Shown: positions 1 to 12,225, counted from the stretch's first letter. The stretch: DNA of 64,000 nucleotides from an uncultured Gemmatimonadales bacterium (GCA_963707505.1 CAVPQB010000003.1:192001-256000), one strand, 5' to 3'. The notes: generated by a model from the sequence alone, not told the origin. Numbers and translations are program-made.

Positions 1-1011
1 CTCGGCGAGCCTGTCGGCCGCGCGATACGTCGGAATCCCATCCGTACGGGCGATCTCGAAGACGCCGAGCGTGGTGTCATAGATCTCGTCGGCCTTGCGG
101 AAGGAGCGCTTTGCGTCCCAACCAGCCAGCTCGCTATACACGTTGATCACGCCGCCAGCGTTCGCAACGTAATCGGGTGCGTACAGAATGCCACGCTCCT
201 GCAGCATGTCGCCGTGACGCTCTTCCAGCAGCTGGTTGTTGGCTGCTCCGGAGACGATCTCGACCTTGAGCTTGGGAATGGTCGCATCGTTGATGATCCC
301 ACCCAGCGCACACGGTGCGAAGATATCGGCCTCGACCGAATAAATCGCATCGCCTTCGACTGCGGTGGCGTTGGTTTCAGCCAATACCCATGCCACACGA
401 TCCGGATCGATGTCTGAGACGATTACTTTCGCCCCCGCCTTGTCCAGCGCCTTCGCGAGGTGACGGCCGACGTTGCCGCAGCCCTGAATGCTGACCGTCT
501 TCCCTTCGAGATCGTCCGAATCCCAGCGGTACATCGCGGACGCCTGAATCGCGCGAAATACGCCGTGCGCTGTAACGGGCGATGGATCACCCGACTTGCC
601 AGCAAGGCCCGCGACGTAGTCCGTCTCCATGTGGACGAAGTCCATGTCGGACGTGCTGGTGCCGACGTCTTCGGCGGTCACGTAACGGCCGCCGAGACTC
701 TCGACGAACCGGCCGTGCGCACGGAAGATCATCTCACGTCGCGACGTGCGATTGTCACCGATGATGACGGACTTGCCGCCACCCAGGTTGAGGCCGGCGA
801 CTGCGTTCTTGTAGGTCATGCCGCGCGCGAGGCGCAGCGCGTCGGTTATCGCCTCCTCGTCACTCGCGTAGCTCCAGAAGCGAGTGCCACCGAGTGCGGG
901 GCCCAGCGTCGTGTTGTGAATCGCGATGATGCCGCGATATCCGGATGACGGATCCGAGCACACGACCAACTGCTCGTGGCCCATTTCAGCGATTGTGTCG
1001 AACAGCTTCAT
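1..1011 (-). CDS. Glu/Leu/Phe/Val (leucine) dehydrogenase, 3' end runs off the window
   Basis: Manual minus-strand translation from ATG at 1011: [91 protein letters not shown] overlap with the upstream gene. Confidence 0.93.
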   Translation of the reverse strand, partial: MKLFDTIAEMGHEQLVVCSDPSSGYRGIIAIHNTTLGPALGGTRFWSYASDEEAITDALRLARGMTYKNAVAGLNLGGGKSVIIGDNRTSRREMIFRAHGRFVESLGGRYVTAEDVGTSTSDMDFVHMETDYVAGLAGKSGDPSPVTAHGVFRAIQASAMYRWDSDDLEGKTVSIQGCGNVGRHLAKALDKAGAKVIVSDIDPDRVAWVLAETNATAVEGDAIYSVEADIFAPCALGGIINDATIPKLKVEIVSGAANNQLLEERHGDMLQERGILYAPDYVANAGGVINVYSELAGWDAKRSFRKADEIYDTTLGVFEIARTDGIPTYRAADRLAE

Positions 1012-2165
1012 GCGTAAAGCTCCCGTGCTATGACGATGCGTTGAATTTCCGACGTGCCTTCGTAGATCTCCGTGACCTTCGCGTCGCGGAACAGCTTTTC
1101 CACCGGATAGTCCTTGACGTAACCATAACCGCCAAAAACCTGAATCGCCTCGGTGGTGACCCACATGGCCGTCTCGCTCGCGAAGAGCTTGGCCATTGAC
1201 GCAGCCTGTTTTGCGCTCGATGCATTCGCATCCTTGGCGCGCGCGGCCGCGTAGAGTAGCGCGCGCGCTGCGGAGATGCGCGTCGCCATGTTGGACAGCT
1301 TGAACTGGATTGCCTGAAAGTCCTTGATTGGCTCACCGAACTGGCGGCGCTCGGACGCGTACGCAACTGCGGCTTCGAACGCTGCGCGCGCTATTCCGAG
1401 CGCCTGAGCCGCAATTCCGAGCCGTCCTGCGTTGAGCGAGCGCATCGCGTAAACGTAGCCCATCGACGGATCGCCGAGCAGGTTGGCGCCCGGGACGCGC
1501 AGGCCGTCCAGAACCAGCTGGACGGTCGGCGAGGCGCGGAGACCCATCTTGTCTTCCTTCTTGCCGACGTGAAATCCTGACATGTCCGGCGTCACGATGA
1601 ACGCGCCGATTCCGCGGCCGCCTTTCCGGTTACCGGCCGTATCGGTGCGCGCCTGAACCAGGATCACTCCCGCGTAGGGCCCGCTCGTGACCCACGCCTT
1701 GGTTCCGTTGAGGATCCAGTCGTCGCCGTCGCGAATGGCTTGAGCGGAGAGTGCGGCCGCATCCGAACCCGCTTCCGGCTCCGAAAGCGCGAATGCGCCG
1801 AGCAACTCGCCGCGAGCCATCGGCTTGAGAAATCGCTGCTTCTGCTCCTCACTCCCGAAGCTCGATAGCATCTGCGTGGGGAGCGAGTTGTGAACGCTCA
1901 TCATTACCGCGACCGATGCGTCCGCAGCAGCGATCTCTTCAAGCGCTACAAGATACGTCACCGTATCCAGCGCGAGTCCATCGTATTCTTCGGCGGTCAA
2001 CATGCCGAGGAATCCGAGATCGCCCAACTTCTTGACGAGCGTCGGCTCGAAGTACGAATCGGCGTCCCACTGTTTCGAGTAGGGGACGATCTCCGCTGCG
2101 GCGAAGTCGCGCGCTACGCGCTGTATCTCGCGCTGTTCTTCCGTCAGCGGAAAGAGATCAAGCAT
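1008..2165 (-). CDS. acyl-CoA dehydrogenase (short/branched-chain type)
   Basis: Motifs [48 protein letters not shown]. Start trimmed to MLDLF (ATG 2165). Confidence 0.93.
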   Translation of the reverse strand: MLDLFPLTEEQREIQRVARDFAAAEIVPYSKQWDADSYFEPTLVKKLGDLGFLGMLTAEEYDGLALDTVTYLVALEEIAAADASVAVMMSVHNSLPTQMLSSFGSEEQKQRFLKPMARGELLGAFALSEPEAGSDAAALSAQAIRDGDDWILNGTKAWVTSGPYAGVILVQARTDTAGNRKGGRGIGAFIVTPDMSGFHVGKKEDKMGLRASPTVQLVLDGLRVPGANLLGDPSMGYVYAMRSLNAGRLGIAAQALGIARAAFEAAVAYASERRQFGEPIKDFQAIQFKLSNMATRISAARALLYAAARAKDANASSAKQAASMAKLFASETAMWVTTEAIQVFGGYGYVKDYPVEKLFRDAKVTEIYEGTSEIQRIVIARELYA

Positions 2166-3007
2166 ACTTGTAGAATCCGCGTCCCGTCTTGCGTCCCAGC
2201 CAGCCGGCCGCGACGTACTTCTTAAGAAGCGGGCATGGACGATACTTCGGATCGCCAAGTCCGTCGTGCATGACCTCCAGGATCGCGACGCATGTATCGA
2301 GGCCGATGAAGTCAGCGAGAGTGAGCGGGCCCATCGGATGATTCATCCCGAGCTGCATCACCGTATCGATCGCTTCCGGCGTTCCCACGCCCTCCATCAC
2401 GCAATACACCGCCTCGTTGATCATTGGCATGAGAATGCGATTCGCGACGAAGCCGGGATAATCGCTCACCTCGACGGGCGTCTTGCCGAGCGCGCTGGCG
2501 AGTGAAACGACCTTCGCAGTGGTCTCGTTCGACGTCGCGAGACCGCGAATGATCTCGACCAGCTTCATCACCGGTACCGGATTCATGAAGTGCATCCCGA
2601 CAACCTTTTCGGGACGCGCAGTCTTCGCGGCAATCTCGGTTATCGATATGGAGCTGGTGTTCGTCGCCAGAATTGCGTCCGGCTTCGCGAGCTTGTCGAG
2701 ATCGGTGAAGATCCTGTACTTGAGCGCGACGTTCTCGGTTGCCGCCTCGACGATCAGCGACGCGTCACTCGCAGCCGCGAGATCGGTCGCGAGCGCGACA
2801 TTGGACAACGTCGCGTCCTTCGCTGCCTGATCGATTGTTCCCTTCTTCAGCTGGCGGTCGAGATTCTTCTCGATCGTAGCCCGGCCGCGATCGAGCGCGG
2901 CCTGCGCGACGTCGATCATGGTCACACGGAACGACGCCGCGCGCGAATACGTGCGCGATCCCGTTGCCCATCTGCCCAGCGCCGATGACGGCGATCTTTT
3001 CACCCAT
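2158..3007 (-). CDS. hbd: 3-hydroxybutyryl-CoA dehydrogenase (one frameshift near 2935, likely sequencing error)
   Basis: N-terminus [18 protein letters not shown] in one frame. Remainder ([42 protein letters not shown]) in another. Confidence 0.9.
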
Positions 3008-3036
3008 TTACATGATCCTCTTGCAGTTCATTTCAT

Positions 3037-3133
3037 TCGTCATCCCGCGAACGCGGGAATCCATTCGCAATCGTCATCCCCGCGAACGCGGGAATCCATT
3101 CGCAATCGTCATCCCCGCGAACGCGGGGATCCA
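3037..3133. repeat. tandem array of three CGTC-type REP palindromes
   Basis: TCGTCATCCCCGCGAACGCGGGAATCCATTCGCAA unit at 3037-3070, 3071-3105 and partial 3106-3133. Each copy has an internal CCCGCG-AA-CGCGGG hairpin. Confidence 0.9.
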
Positions 3134-3138
3134 AGTTG

Positions 3139-4020
3139 TTATTTGTGCGGTACTTCACTCTGCAGGCGCTCGCGATACCGTCCGTGAAGGTAGAACAGAA
3201 ATACGAACATTCCCAGCGCGGCCGCCAGGCCGCCTTCCGGGCCCCACGATCCCCCGGTGAGCCAATCCGGTCCGTTGTCTATCACGTGATAGTTCGGTGC
3301 GGTCACACCCAGGCCGCTCACGGCGGTGTGAAGACCGGCGGCCATGGTCAGGTTCCATGCGAAGTGAGCCATCCACGCCGCGTACAGGCTCTCCGTGACG
3401 AGCAGTATCGTACCAAGAAAAAATCCCGCGATGATCACTGCCACGATCGTCTCGGGATCTGCGCCTGGATTGCGAAGGTGTAACAGTCCGAACGCAATAC
3501 TCGTCGCGACGAGCGTGGTTTTCCATCCCACGGTCTCGCGCAACACCGCGAATACGTAACCGCGCATCAACAGCTCTTCCGCCGCGGCAGCGGGAAGAAG
3601 AAAGAGCGCCATCTGCGCCGCTGCGACAGCCCAATTTCCCTCCACCGCCGGAACGATGCGCAGCTCGTGCGTGGCCAGTAACACGACACACGGAGCGCCG
3701 ATCGCAATCATCCCCATGAGAAAACCGCTGCTCAGCAACGCCGGTCGAGACGACGAGCGCCCCAGGCGCACGAAGTTCCAGTCGACACCATCCACCCATC
3801 GCAACGACACGAACGTCGCGATGAGTATCGCGAAGAAATCGATCCAGTAATACAGGATCGTACGCACGCCCGCGAGCGCTGCTCCCTGCAACCCCTGTAC
3901 GAGTGCCGCGGCAACCACTGTCACCGCGACCCAGACGCTCAGGAAGATGAGAATGCGCCACGGAGCGCGAAGCTTTCGTTCTGACTGAGAAGCAAATACG
4001 AGAGATCGCGCGTCCAACAA
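3139..4020 (-). CDS. CPBP/Abi (CAAX type II) intramembrane glutamic endopeptidase
   Basis: EELLMRGY, FGLLH and AHFAWN motifs, multiple TM segments, C-terminal WLTGGSWGPEG. Confidence 0.88.
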   Translation of the reverse strand: MLDARSLVFASQSERKLRAPWRILIFLSVWVAVTVVAAALVQGLQGAALAGVRTILYYWIDFFAILIATFVSLRWVDGVDWNFVRLGRSSSRPALLSSGFLMGMIAIGAPCVVLLATHELRIVPAVEGNWAVAAAQMALFLLPAAAAEELLMRGYVFAVLRETVGWKTTLVATSIAFGLLHLRNPGADPETIVAVIIAGFFLGTILLVTESLYAAWMAHFAWNLTMAAGLHTAVSGLGVTAPNYHVIDNGPDWLTGGSWGPEGGLAAALGMFVFLFYLHGRYRERLQSEVPHK

Positions 4021-5229
4021 TCAGCTCGGCCGCTCTACGCTCATTGCGACCGCATTGCCACCGCCGAGGCATAACGTCGCGAGCCCCGTTCGCTTGCCAC
4101 GATCCTTCAGCGCGTAGAGAAGGGTCGTGAGAATTCGTGCGCCGCTCGCACCGAGCGGATGGCCAAGTGCAATGGCACCACCATTCACGTTGACGCGAGC
4201 GGTGTCCCATGCGAGCCCGCGAGCGTCGGCAATCGATTGCGACGCGAACGCTTCGTTCGCTTCGATCAGATCGTAGTCACCGATCTTCGCACCGGTCTTC
4301 GCCATCAACTTCTCGACAGCGACGATCGGCGCGAAGAAGAGATCCTGCGGCTCGCCACCGCCGGTCGCATAACCGGTGATGCGAGCGAGTATCTCGATCT
4401 TGTGATCGATCGCGTACTGTTCACTCACGACGACCACCGCAGCCGCACCATCATTGAGAGTCGACGCGTTGCCGGCAGTCACGGTCAGCTCTTCGCTCCT
4501 GTCCTTGCCGGGAAATGCCGGACGCAGCTTCGCGAGAGATTCGACGGTGGTGTCCTTACGCGGTCCCTCATCAGTATCGATCGTGGTCGTCCCCTTTCGT
4601 CCCGCGATCTCGACAGGAACTATCTCCGGCTTGAACTTTCCAGCCTCGATCGCAGCCACGGCCTTGGAGTGCGACAGCGCCGCGAATACGTCCTGATCCT
4701 CACGCGTCGCCTTTGCCTTGCGAGCGGTATAATCGGCGTGGCTGCCCATGTGCACGTCGCAGAACGAGCACCACAAACCGTCTTTTATCAATCCATCGAC
4801 CATCTTCTGATCGCCGAACTTCACGCCGCCGCGGTATCCGTTCACGTAGTACGGCGTGTTGGACATCGACTCCATGCCGCCTGCCACGACGACCTGCTCA
4901 TCGCCCGCCTTGATCGATGCAGCCGCGAGCATCACCGCCTCGAGGCCCGAGCCGCATACCTTGTTGACGGTGAGCGCCGAGACGGTTCCGGGCAGCCCCG
5001 CCTTGAGCGCGGCCTGCCGCGCCGGCGCCTGACCGACTCCCGCTTGAAGGACGTTGCCCATGATGACGTTGCCCACGTCCGCGGGTGAAACGCCCGCTCG
5101 GGAAAGGGCGGCACGAATGGCGATCGCGCCGAGCTCCGTGGCTGAAAGTGGTGCAAGGCCGCCCAGGAAACGCCCGATAGGCGTCCTGGCGGCCGATACG
5201 ATTACTGGTTGCCGGCTGAGGTCTGACAT
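4021..5229 (-). CDS. acetyl-CoA C-acetyltransferase (thiolase)
   Basis: [19 protein letters not shown] start, [33 protein letters not shown]. In the ORF track it is read through from the thrS C-terminus. Confidence 0.93.
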   Translation of the reverse strand: MSDLSRQPVIVSAARTPIGRFLGGLAPLSATELGAIAIRAALSRAGVSPADVGNVIMGNVLQAGVGQAPARQAALKAGLPGTVSALTVNKVCGSGLEAVMLAAASIKAGDEQVVVAGGMESMSNTPYYVNGYRGGVKFGDQKMVDGLIKDGLWCSFCDVHMGSHADYTARKAKATREDQDVFAALSHSKAVAAIEAGKFKPEIVPVEIAGRKGTTTIDTDEGPRKDTTVESLAKLRPAFPGKDRSEELTVTAGNASTLNDGAAAVVVVSEQYAIDHKIEILARITGYATGGGEPQDLFFAPIVAVEKLMAKTGAKIGDYDLIEANEAFASQSIADARGLAWDTARVNVNGGAIALGHPLGASGARILTTLLYALKDRGKRTGLATLCLGGGNAVAMSVERPS

Positions 5230-5299
5230 GGGTGGAAAGCTAATCGGAACGCTCCGAATTTTCCCCCACGCCGTGCGGTGACGCCGCGAACGCGCAAAA

Positions 5300-7291
5300 T
5301 CAGGTGTGAGTGACCGCGAAGCGATCTCCGATTGCACGCGCCTCACAAAGTCGGTCAGAGGAGTGACTTCCTGCTTGCTCCCCGCGCCGCGAGTTCGTAC
5401 GGCAACGCTCCCTTGCTCGGCTTCGCGCCCCCCTACCACCGCCATGTACGGGACCTTGAGCGTTTCAGCCTCACGAATCCTGTAGTTGAGGGTCTGGTTG
5501 CGGTCATCCAGATGTGCGCGCACTCCGGCCTCCACAAGCGCGTCGCGTACGATGCGCGCCGCCTCGAACTGTGCGTCGGAAATCGGCACTATGCGCACCT
5601 GCTCCGGCGCGAGCCAGAGCGGAAACGCGCCAGCGAAGTGCTCGATCAGAATCGCGATGAAGCGCTCGAACGATCCCAGAATCGCACGGTGAATGATGAC
5701 CGGCCGGTGCGGCTGATTGTCCTCACCGGTGTAGCTCAGATCGAAGCGCTCGGGGTTCGCATAGTCGAGTTGAATCGTGCCGAGTTGCCATTGACGACCG
5801 ATCGAATCGGTTACGTCGAAGTCGATCTTGGGACCGTAGAACGCGCCGTCGCCTTCCTTGAGCTCATACGGTAGTCCCGTGTTGATCAACGCAGCACGCA
5901 GCGACTCCTCGGCGCGATCCCACATCTCATCCGTGCCGACACGAAACTCAGGGCCGGGTCGAGTCGCGAACTTCGCCGTGTAGCTGAGCCCGAACACTCC
6001 GTAGCAATCGTTGACCATCTCGACCAGACTCTTCACCTCTTCGGTGATCTGCGATTCGGCGAGATAGATGTGCGCGTCGTCCTGCTGGAACTGACGCACG
6101 CGTGTGAGTCCCGACAGCGCGCCGGAAATCTCGTTGCGGTGCAACACGTCCTGTGTCGCGTAGCGCACGGGAAGCTCGCGATAGCTGTGCTTTCTGCTCC
6201 CGTACAGCACGTGGTGCGATGGGCAGTTCATCGGCTTGAGCGAGAAGTCGTGCTCGCCCGTCTCGTTGTCGAGGACGAGGAACATGTTCTCCTTGTACTT
6301 GCCCCAGTGCCCAGACTGCTCCCACAACGTCTTGTGATACAGCAGCGGCGTCTTCACTTCATCGTAGCCAGCCACGCGGAGCTTGGCGCGCATGAAGTCC
6401 ACGAGGCCGTTATAGATGATGGTTCCGCGGTTGGTCCAGAACGCAGCGCCGGGCGCGATGGGATGGAACTGAAACAGGTCCAGCTCCTTGCCGAGCCTGC
6501 GATGGTCGCGCCGTTTGGCTTCCTCGATGCGATAGAGGTACGCCTCCAGATCTTCCTTTCGGAACCAGGCAGTTCCATAGATGCGCTGGAGCATCTGGCG
6601 CTTTTCATCTCCGCGCCAGTACGCTCCTGCCGTGCTCATCAGCTTGAAGTGCTTGAGGTACGAAGTATCCTGGACGTGCGGGTCCTCGGCACAAATCCGT
6701 AAACGGGCCGTCGGTGTAGGTCGAAATTACCTCGTCGTCATCCAATTCGGACAATCGTTCGAGTTTTAACGGATCGCCTTGGAACACTCGTTCGGCTGCC
6801 ACACGATCGAGTTCTGCGCGGACGAAGGGGTATTTTTCGGACGCGATTTTGCGCATCTGCTTTTCGAACGCTTCGAGGTCTTCCGGAGTGAACGGATGGT
6901 CGACGCCGAAGTCGTAGTAGAAGCCGTCCTCGATCGACGGGCCGAAGCCGATCTGGGCGTCCGGACGGACACGCCGGACGGCGGTCGCAAGCAGGTGCGC
7001 GGTCGAGTGACGAAGAACAGCCAGGGCTTCCGGATCGCGCTCCGTGAGCACGCGGAACGACCCGCTCTTGCGGAGCGGTGTCATCAGATCCTGGATCTCA
7101 CCGTTCACAGAGACCGCAATCGCGGCACGTAGCAGGCGTTCGCCAATGGATCCCACTACCTCTGACGGCAGCGTACCTTCGGGGATGGATCTTACGGAAC
7201 CGTCGGGAAGCGTTAGCTCTAACAAGAAATCGTCTGATTGAGAGTTCGCCCGGGTGGCCTTCTTCTTGCCGCCTTCATGACGCGACACCAT
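5300..7291 (-). CDS. thrS: threonine--tRNA ligase (frameshift near 6680; stop apparently shifted near 5300; start uncertain)
   Basis: TGS and editing domain ([24 protein letters not shown]), then [50 protein letters not shown] and the anticodon-binding domain. Confidence 0.93.
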
Positions 7292-7307
7292 CTAATTAAT
7301 CGAGCGT

Positions 7308-8162
7308 ATGCGTAAGCTATCCTTTGAGGAAAACCTCCGCCACAGGTTGCGCGACCTCCCGCGCTTCCGTCACCAGGATGAACGTCCCAGCACGGGTGAG
7401 GGACTCGTGTACCTGGCGATCGGCGCGGTCGCAGGTATCGCTGCCGGCGTTGTGGTCGCGCAGAAATTCGGCGGCTTCGCTGCTCTCGCGACCAAGTTGC
7501 GCGAGCGACTCGGCGCAGAGGAGGAAGACGAGTTCGTCGCCGACGAATACGATGAGTACGACGAAGAGGATTACGACGGCGACGAGGATGAAGAAGAGGA
7601 GGAGCTATCGCCTCTGGAAGAGCTGGAGGAGCGCGTCCTCGAGGCGTATCACAACGATCCTATACTGAGCGAGCGAGCTATCGACATCGGCGCGATCGAT
7701 GAGGGGATTATCGAGCTCACGGGTTGGGTGTATGCGGCAAGCGAGGCCGAGCACGCCGTGACCGTCGCACGGGGTACGCCCGGGGTCGATACGGTGCTCA
7801 ACCGGCTTGCGGTACGAGCCGAGGAGGACCAGATGCACGATGCGGCTGACCGTTACGACGCGGGCGAGGATCGCCTCACAGAGGGACACTGGGAGGGCCA
7901 GGGCGTGGGGATGGGACGGAGGCGTCAGGGCAAATCCTCGGAAGCCGACAGGAACGAGGATCCGAAACCGAATCTGGAAGACAAGTGGATGAACGAGGAG
8001 GAGGCGTATCGCTCCGCTGCCGAGCCGGTGGATGAAATCGTGGCGCGGCACAAGCGACCGCCGTCGCATCGCGGCCGCGCGGATGGTTCGCCGGTTGCGC
8101 CGGGTGGTGTTCCCAAGGCGGATAACGTGGCGAATCCGGAAGAAGCGCCTCCCTCCACGTAG
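7308..8162 (+). CDS. membrane-anchored BON-domain protein with acidic tract
   Basis: One TM helix (LAIGAVAGIAAGVVVA), Asp/Glu-rich run, BON-like segment (LEERVLEAY..GIIELTGWV..ARGTPGVDTVLNRL). Confidence 0.75.
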   Translation: MRKLSFEENLRHRLRDLPRFRHQDERPSTGEGLVYLAIGAVAGIAAGVVVAQKFGGFAALATKLRERLGAEEEDEFVADEYDEYDEEDYDGDEDEEEEELSPLEELEERVLEAYHNDPILSERAIDIGAIDEGIIELTGWVYAASEAEHAVTVARGTPGVDTVLNRLAVRAEEDQMHDAADRYDAGEDRLTEGHWEGQGVGMGRRRQGKSSEADRNEDPKPNLEDKWMNEEEAYRSAAEPVDEIVARHKRPPSHRGRADGSPVAPGGVPKADNVANPEEAPPST

Positions 8163-8258
8163 CGCCACCTGCCCAAATCGCGGCTGCCGACACGACGTCG
8201 CGATCTCGCCAGCTGTTCTGAGCGCAGCACTACCGTCAGGCGTTAAATTGGGCGTTGA

Positions 8259-11017
8259 ATGACCACGCCCCCGACAGCTGAGATTCCAGCTCAGTACGAT
8301 CCGGCGGCGACCGAGCGCGAGTGGTATGAGCGCTGGCTCGCCGCCGATGCATTTACGGCCGATGCCGCCCGCTCCAATCGTAGCGGCGGAGATCGCACGC
8401 CCTTCACGATAGTCATGCCGCCGCCGAACGTCACGGCGGTGCTGCACGTCGGCCACGGACTGAACAACACCGTGCAGGACGTGATCGCTCGCTGGCGCCG
8501 CATGTGCGGGGACGAAACGCTGTGGCTCCCGGGCACTGACCACGCGGGTATCGCGACACAGAACATCGTCGAGAAGTTGCTGGCGAGCGAGGGAAAGACG
8601 ACGCTTCGATCTCGGTCGCGACGCGTTCATCGCTCGCACGATGGAGTTCGTCGCGGACACGGGCGGCGCGATCCTCGAACAGTTGCGATCGATCGGCGCG
8701 TCATGCGACTGGTCACGCACTGCATACACACTTTCGCCGGAGCTGTCGGTCGCGGTGCGCGAAGCGTTCGTGCTGCTGCACGAACGCGGTCTCATCTACC
8801 GTGGTCATCGCGTCATTCACTGGTGTCCGCGCTGTCTCACGTCGTTGAGCGACGAGGAAGCGGAGCACGACGAGGAAGCGGGCTCACTGTACCACATCAG
8901 GTACGCGATCGTGGGCGAGCCGGGCAAGTGGCTCACCGTTGCAACTACGCGCCCCGAAACAATGCTCGGCGACGTCGCACTGGCGGTGAATCCGGATGAC
9001 GAGCGATACGCATCGCTGATCGGGCGGACTGTCATTCTTCCGATAGCGGAGATCGAGATTCCGATAATCGCGGATGCGTACGCCGATCCCGCGTTCGGTA
9101 CCGGTGTCGTGAAGATCACGCCTGCTCACGATCCGAACGATTTCGAAGTGGGCAAGCGTCACGAGCTGGCGATGCCGGTGATCATGACGGCGGAAGGCAA
9201 CCTCGATAACGTTACGGACGCCGAGGGACGTGTTCCACGCCGAGCTGCGTGGCGTGGAGAGGTTCGAGGCGCGCGACCGCATCGTGGCGATGCTCAAGGA
9301 AAGCGGCGCACTCGCGAAGGTGGAGGCACATCAACACGCCGTGCGGCATTGCTATCGTTGCGGAACGGTGGTCGAGCCGCGTCTGTCGGACCAGTGGTTC
9401 GTGCGGATGCGCGAGCTCGCCGCGCCGGCACTCGAAGGCGTGCGGACCGGGCGCATTCGCATCCTTCCCGAGCGCTGGGAAGCGGTGTACGTGAACTGGC
9501 TGGAAGGGATTCGCGACTGGAATATCTCGCGTCAACTCTGGTGGGGACATCGCATCCCCGTGTGGTATTGTGTGAATCGCGGCTGCGTGACCGTGAGCCG
9601 GACGGACGTCACGTCGTGTCCTGATTGCGGCGGTCCGGTACGACAGGACGAGGACGTCCTCGACACGTGGTTCTCTTCCTGGCTCTGGCCGTTTTCCACG
9701 CTTGGTTGGCCGAACGTGGATGCGGCGGATCTCAAGGCGTTTTATCCGACGGACGATCTCGTTACGGCACCGGAGATTCTGTTCTTCTGGGTCGCGCGAA
9801 TGGTGATGGCGGGCTACGCCTTCATGGGCGATGCACCGTTTCACACGATCTATCTGCACGGAACAGTTCGCGATACCAACCATGTGAAGATGTCCAAGTC
9901 ACTTGGCAATGGAATCGATCCGCTCGACGTCGTGCGCTTGTATGGTGCGGATGCGCTGCGCTACACGGTGATCTCGGGGATGGGAATGGGTGCGGACCTC
10001 GTGCTCGATCCGGGCGATCTCGACCGCTCATTCGCGCCGGGCCGCAATTTCGCGACGAAGCTCTGGAACATTGGACGCTTTCTTCTCACCAAGGTCGGCG
10101 ACGCGCCCGTCGACTCCATCAGCGACATCGACGATTCGCGGCTCGCGCGCGCCGATCGCTGGATTCTCGATCGTCTCAATGTCGCGATTTCGGAATGCGA
10201 CGCTGCGCTGGGACCCGCGCGTCCAACCGGCACGACATGGAATCAGAGCGAGCTGCACGCTGGACTCCGGTTGAACGAGTACGCGGAGACCGCGCGGCGC
10301 TTCGTGTGGAACGAGCTGGCCGACTGGTACCTCGAGAGCGTCAAGAGCCGAGTCGCGAGAGAAGGCGATGATCGTGACGTTGCGCGCGCGGTGCTCGTGC
10401 ACGTCTTCGACGCCGCGTTGCGGCTGTTGCATCCGGTGATTCCATTCATTACGGAAGCGCTCTGGCAACGACTGCCGGAGCGCGAGGGAAAGGATTCTCC
10501 CCTGCTCTGCACCGCAGCGTGGCCGGTCGCCTCGCCCGTCCGTGCAGGAGCCGCGGAATTCGAGCGCGTGCGTGAATGCGTCGACGCGTTACGTGCAATG
10601 CGCGCGGAATATGGAGTTGCACCGGGCAAGGTCATCCACGCAGTCGTCGTGGCCACGACGACGCCGGAGCTATACATCACCGAAGCCGCGCTGATCGGAC
10701 AGCTCGCACGTGCGACGGTTACCGTGTCTGGTAGAGTCGATGGGCCCGCCGTGCACGCGTTGCTCGCTGACGGAAGCGACCTCGTCATCTCGCTTGGTGG
10801 CCTTGTCGATCTCGAGCAGGAGCGACGCAAGCTCGAAGTCGAGTTGAATCAGTTGGAGGGGCAGCTCGCTGCACTACGCGGCAGACTCGCCAACGAGTCC
10901 TTTACCGCTCGTGCACCGGCGCACATCGTCGATGCCGAGCGTACCAAGGAGCGAGACTGGTCCGCGCGCGCTGACGCATTGCGCAACAAGGTCGTTACAC
11001 TCGGGGTTGGTACTTGA
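8259..11017 (+). CDS. valS: valine--tRNA ligase (frameshifts near 8600 and 9235)
   Basis: PPPNVTAVLHVGH, GTDHAGIATQ, ATTRPETMLGD, DWNISRQLWWGHRIP, DVLDTWFSS, KMSKS and C-terminal coiled coil, across three frames. Confidence 0.95.
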
Positions 11018-12225
11018 GGATACGGCGCAGCAGCGTCTTCAATGCACTGGCGATGCTCGCGCTGTTCGCGTGCGCGTCTCCGGGCGTTCCGCCGGGCGGA
11101 CCGGAGCGCCACACTCCGCCTGCAATCACGCGCATCCAGCCGGATACGAACAGCGTTGGCGTGCGCGGCAAGGAGTTCGTGATACACTTCGACGAGGTGA
11201 TCTCCGAGCATCCTGCCGGCGCAACGACGCTCGCTGATCTGGTGCTGATATCGCCGCAGCGTGGAAAGCCTGACGTCGACTGGCATCGGTCATCGCTCAG
11301 TATTCATCCGCCCAAGGGTTGGCGGGCAAACACCACGTACACTGTCACGATACTGCCCGGCATAGCCGACCTGCGCGGCAACGTGCGCACGACGCCGACG
11401 GTCGTCACCTTTTCGACCGGCCCATCGATTCCGAACACGTCGATCCGGGGCACGATTTTCGACTGGCTTTCCGGGTTGCCTATCAATAGCGGTATGATCG
11501 AAGTGCGGCCGCAGAGCGATACATCGGTGGTGTACGTAACGGCCTCAGATTCGATCGGTCACTATCGCCTCGTCGGACTTCCACCCGCGCGCTATGAGGT
11601 TCGTGGCTATGCGGACGCCAACCGGAATCGCGGTCTCGATCCCGGCGAGGCATTCGACACGACGCGTGTCGATCTCGCCGACTCGCTCAACCTCGAGATA
11701 CTCGCATTCGCGCACGACTCGACCGGACCCAAGCTCGGAAGTGTGAGCGTGCAGGACTCGGTCACGCTGAACGCGAACTTCGATACGCCGATCGATCCAC
11801 GCATACCACTCACGCCAGCGGCGTTCACGCTGACCGCGCCGGATTCGTCGCGCGTCGTGATTGTTTCCGTGAAGGCGATGCAGCAGCAGGATACGGCTCA
11901 CGCGATGCCCCTGCCGCCGCCCGTTCCGGCGCAACAATCGGTGATCCCGGTGCCACAGCGTCGTCCAGCACCAGCAAAGATCGTGTTGCCGAAGCCGACA
12001 CGGCCCCTGCTCGCGCGCAACGTGATCATCGTCGTGGCGAAGCCGCTGCAGGCTGGTGCGACCTATCGGCTCGACGCGTTGAATGCGACCGGGCCGACCG
12101 GTCGCAAGCTGTCGTCCGACCGGACGTTCACCGTGCCGAAACTGGAAAAGCCAGCCGCAACGAAACAACCAGCGCCCAAGCCGACCGCATCTGATACCAC
12201 TCGACGCGTGCGACCAGTGCGATGA
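11014..12225 (+). CDS. lipoprotein with bacterial Ig-like (Big_5-like) and carboxypeptidase-regulatory-like domains
   Basis: Lipobox LFAC followed by ASPGVPPGGP..PP, IHFDEVI, WRANTTYTVTI..IADLRGN, FSTG. Confidence 0.72.
   Translation: MRIRRSSVFNALAMLALFACASPGVPPGGPERHTPPAITRIQPDTNSVGVRGKEFVIHFDEVISEHPAGATTLADLVLISPQRGKPDVDWHRSSLSIHPPKGWRANTTYTVTILPGIADLRGNVRTTPTVVTFSTGPSIPNTSIRGTIFDWLSGLPINSGMIEVRPQSDTSVVYVTASDSIGHYRLVGLPPARYEVRGYADANRNRGLDPGEAFDTTRVDLADSLNLEILAFAHDSTGPKLGSVSVQDSVTLNANFDTPIDPRIPLTPAAFTLTAPDSSRVVIVSVKAMQQQDTAHAMPLPPPVPAQQSVIPVPQRRPAPAKIVLPKPTRPLLARNVIIVVAKPLQAGATYRLDALNATGPTGRKLSSDRTFTVPKLEKPAATKQPAPKPTASDTTRRVRPVR

Noticed and set aside
3037..3133. CRISPR array
   Set aside because: The linkers are identical and only about 8-10 nt, there are no unique spacers and no cas genes. 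The unit matches a REP palindrome.
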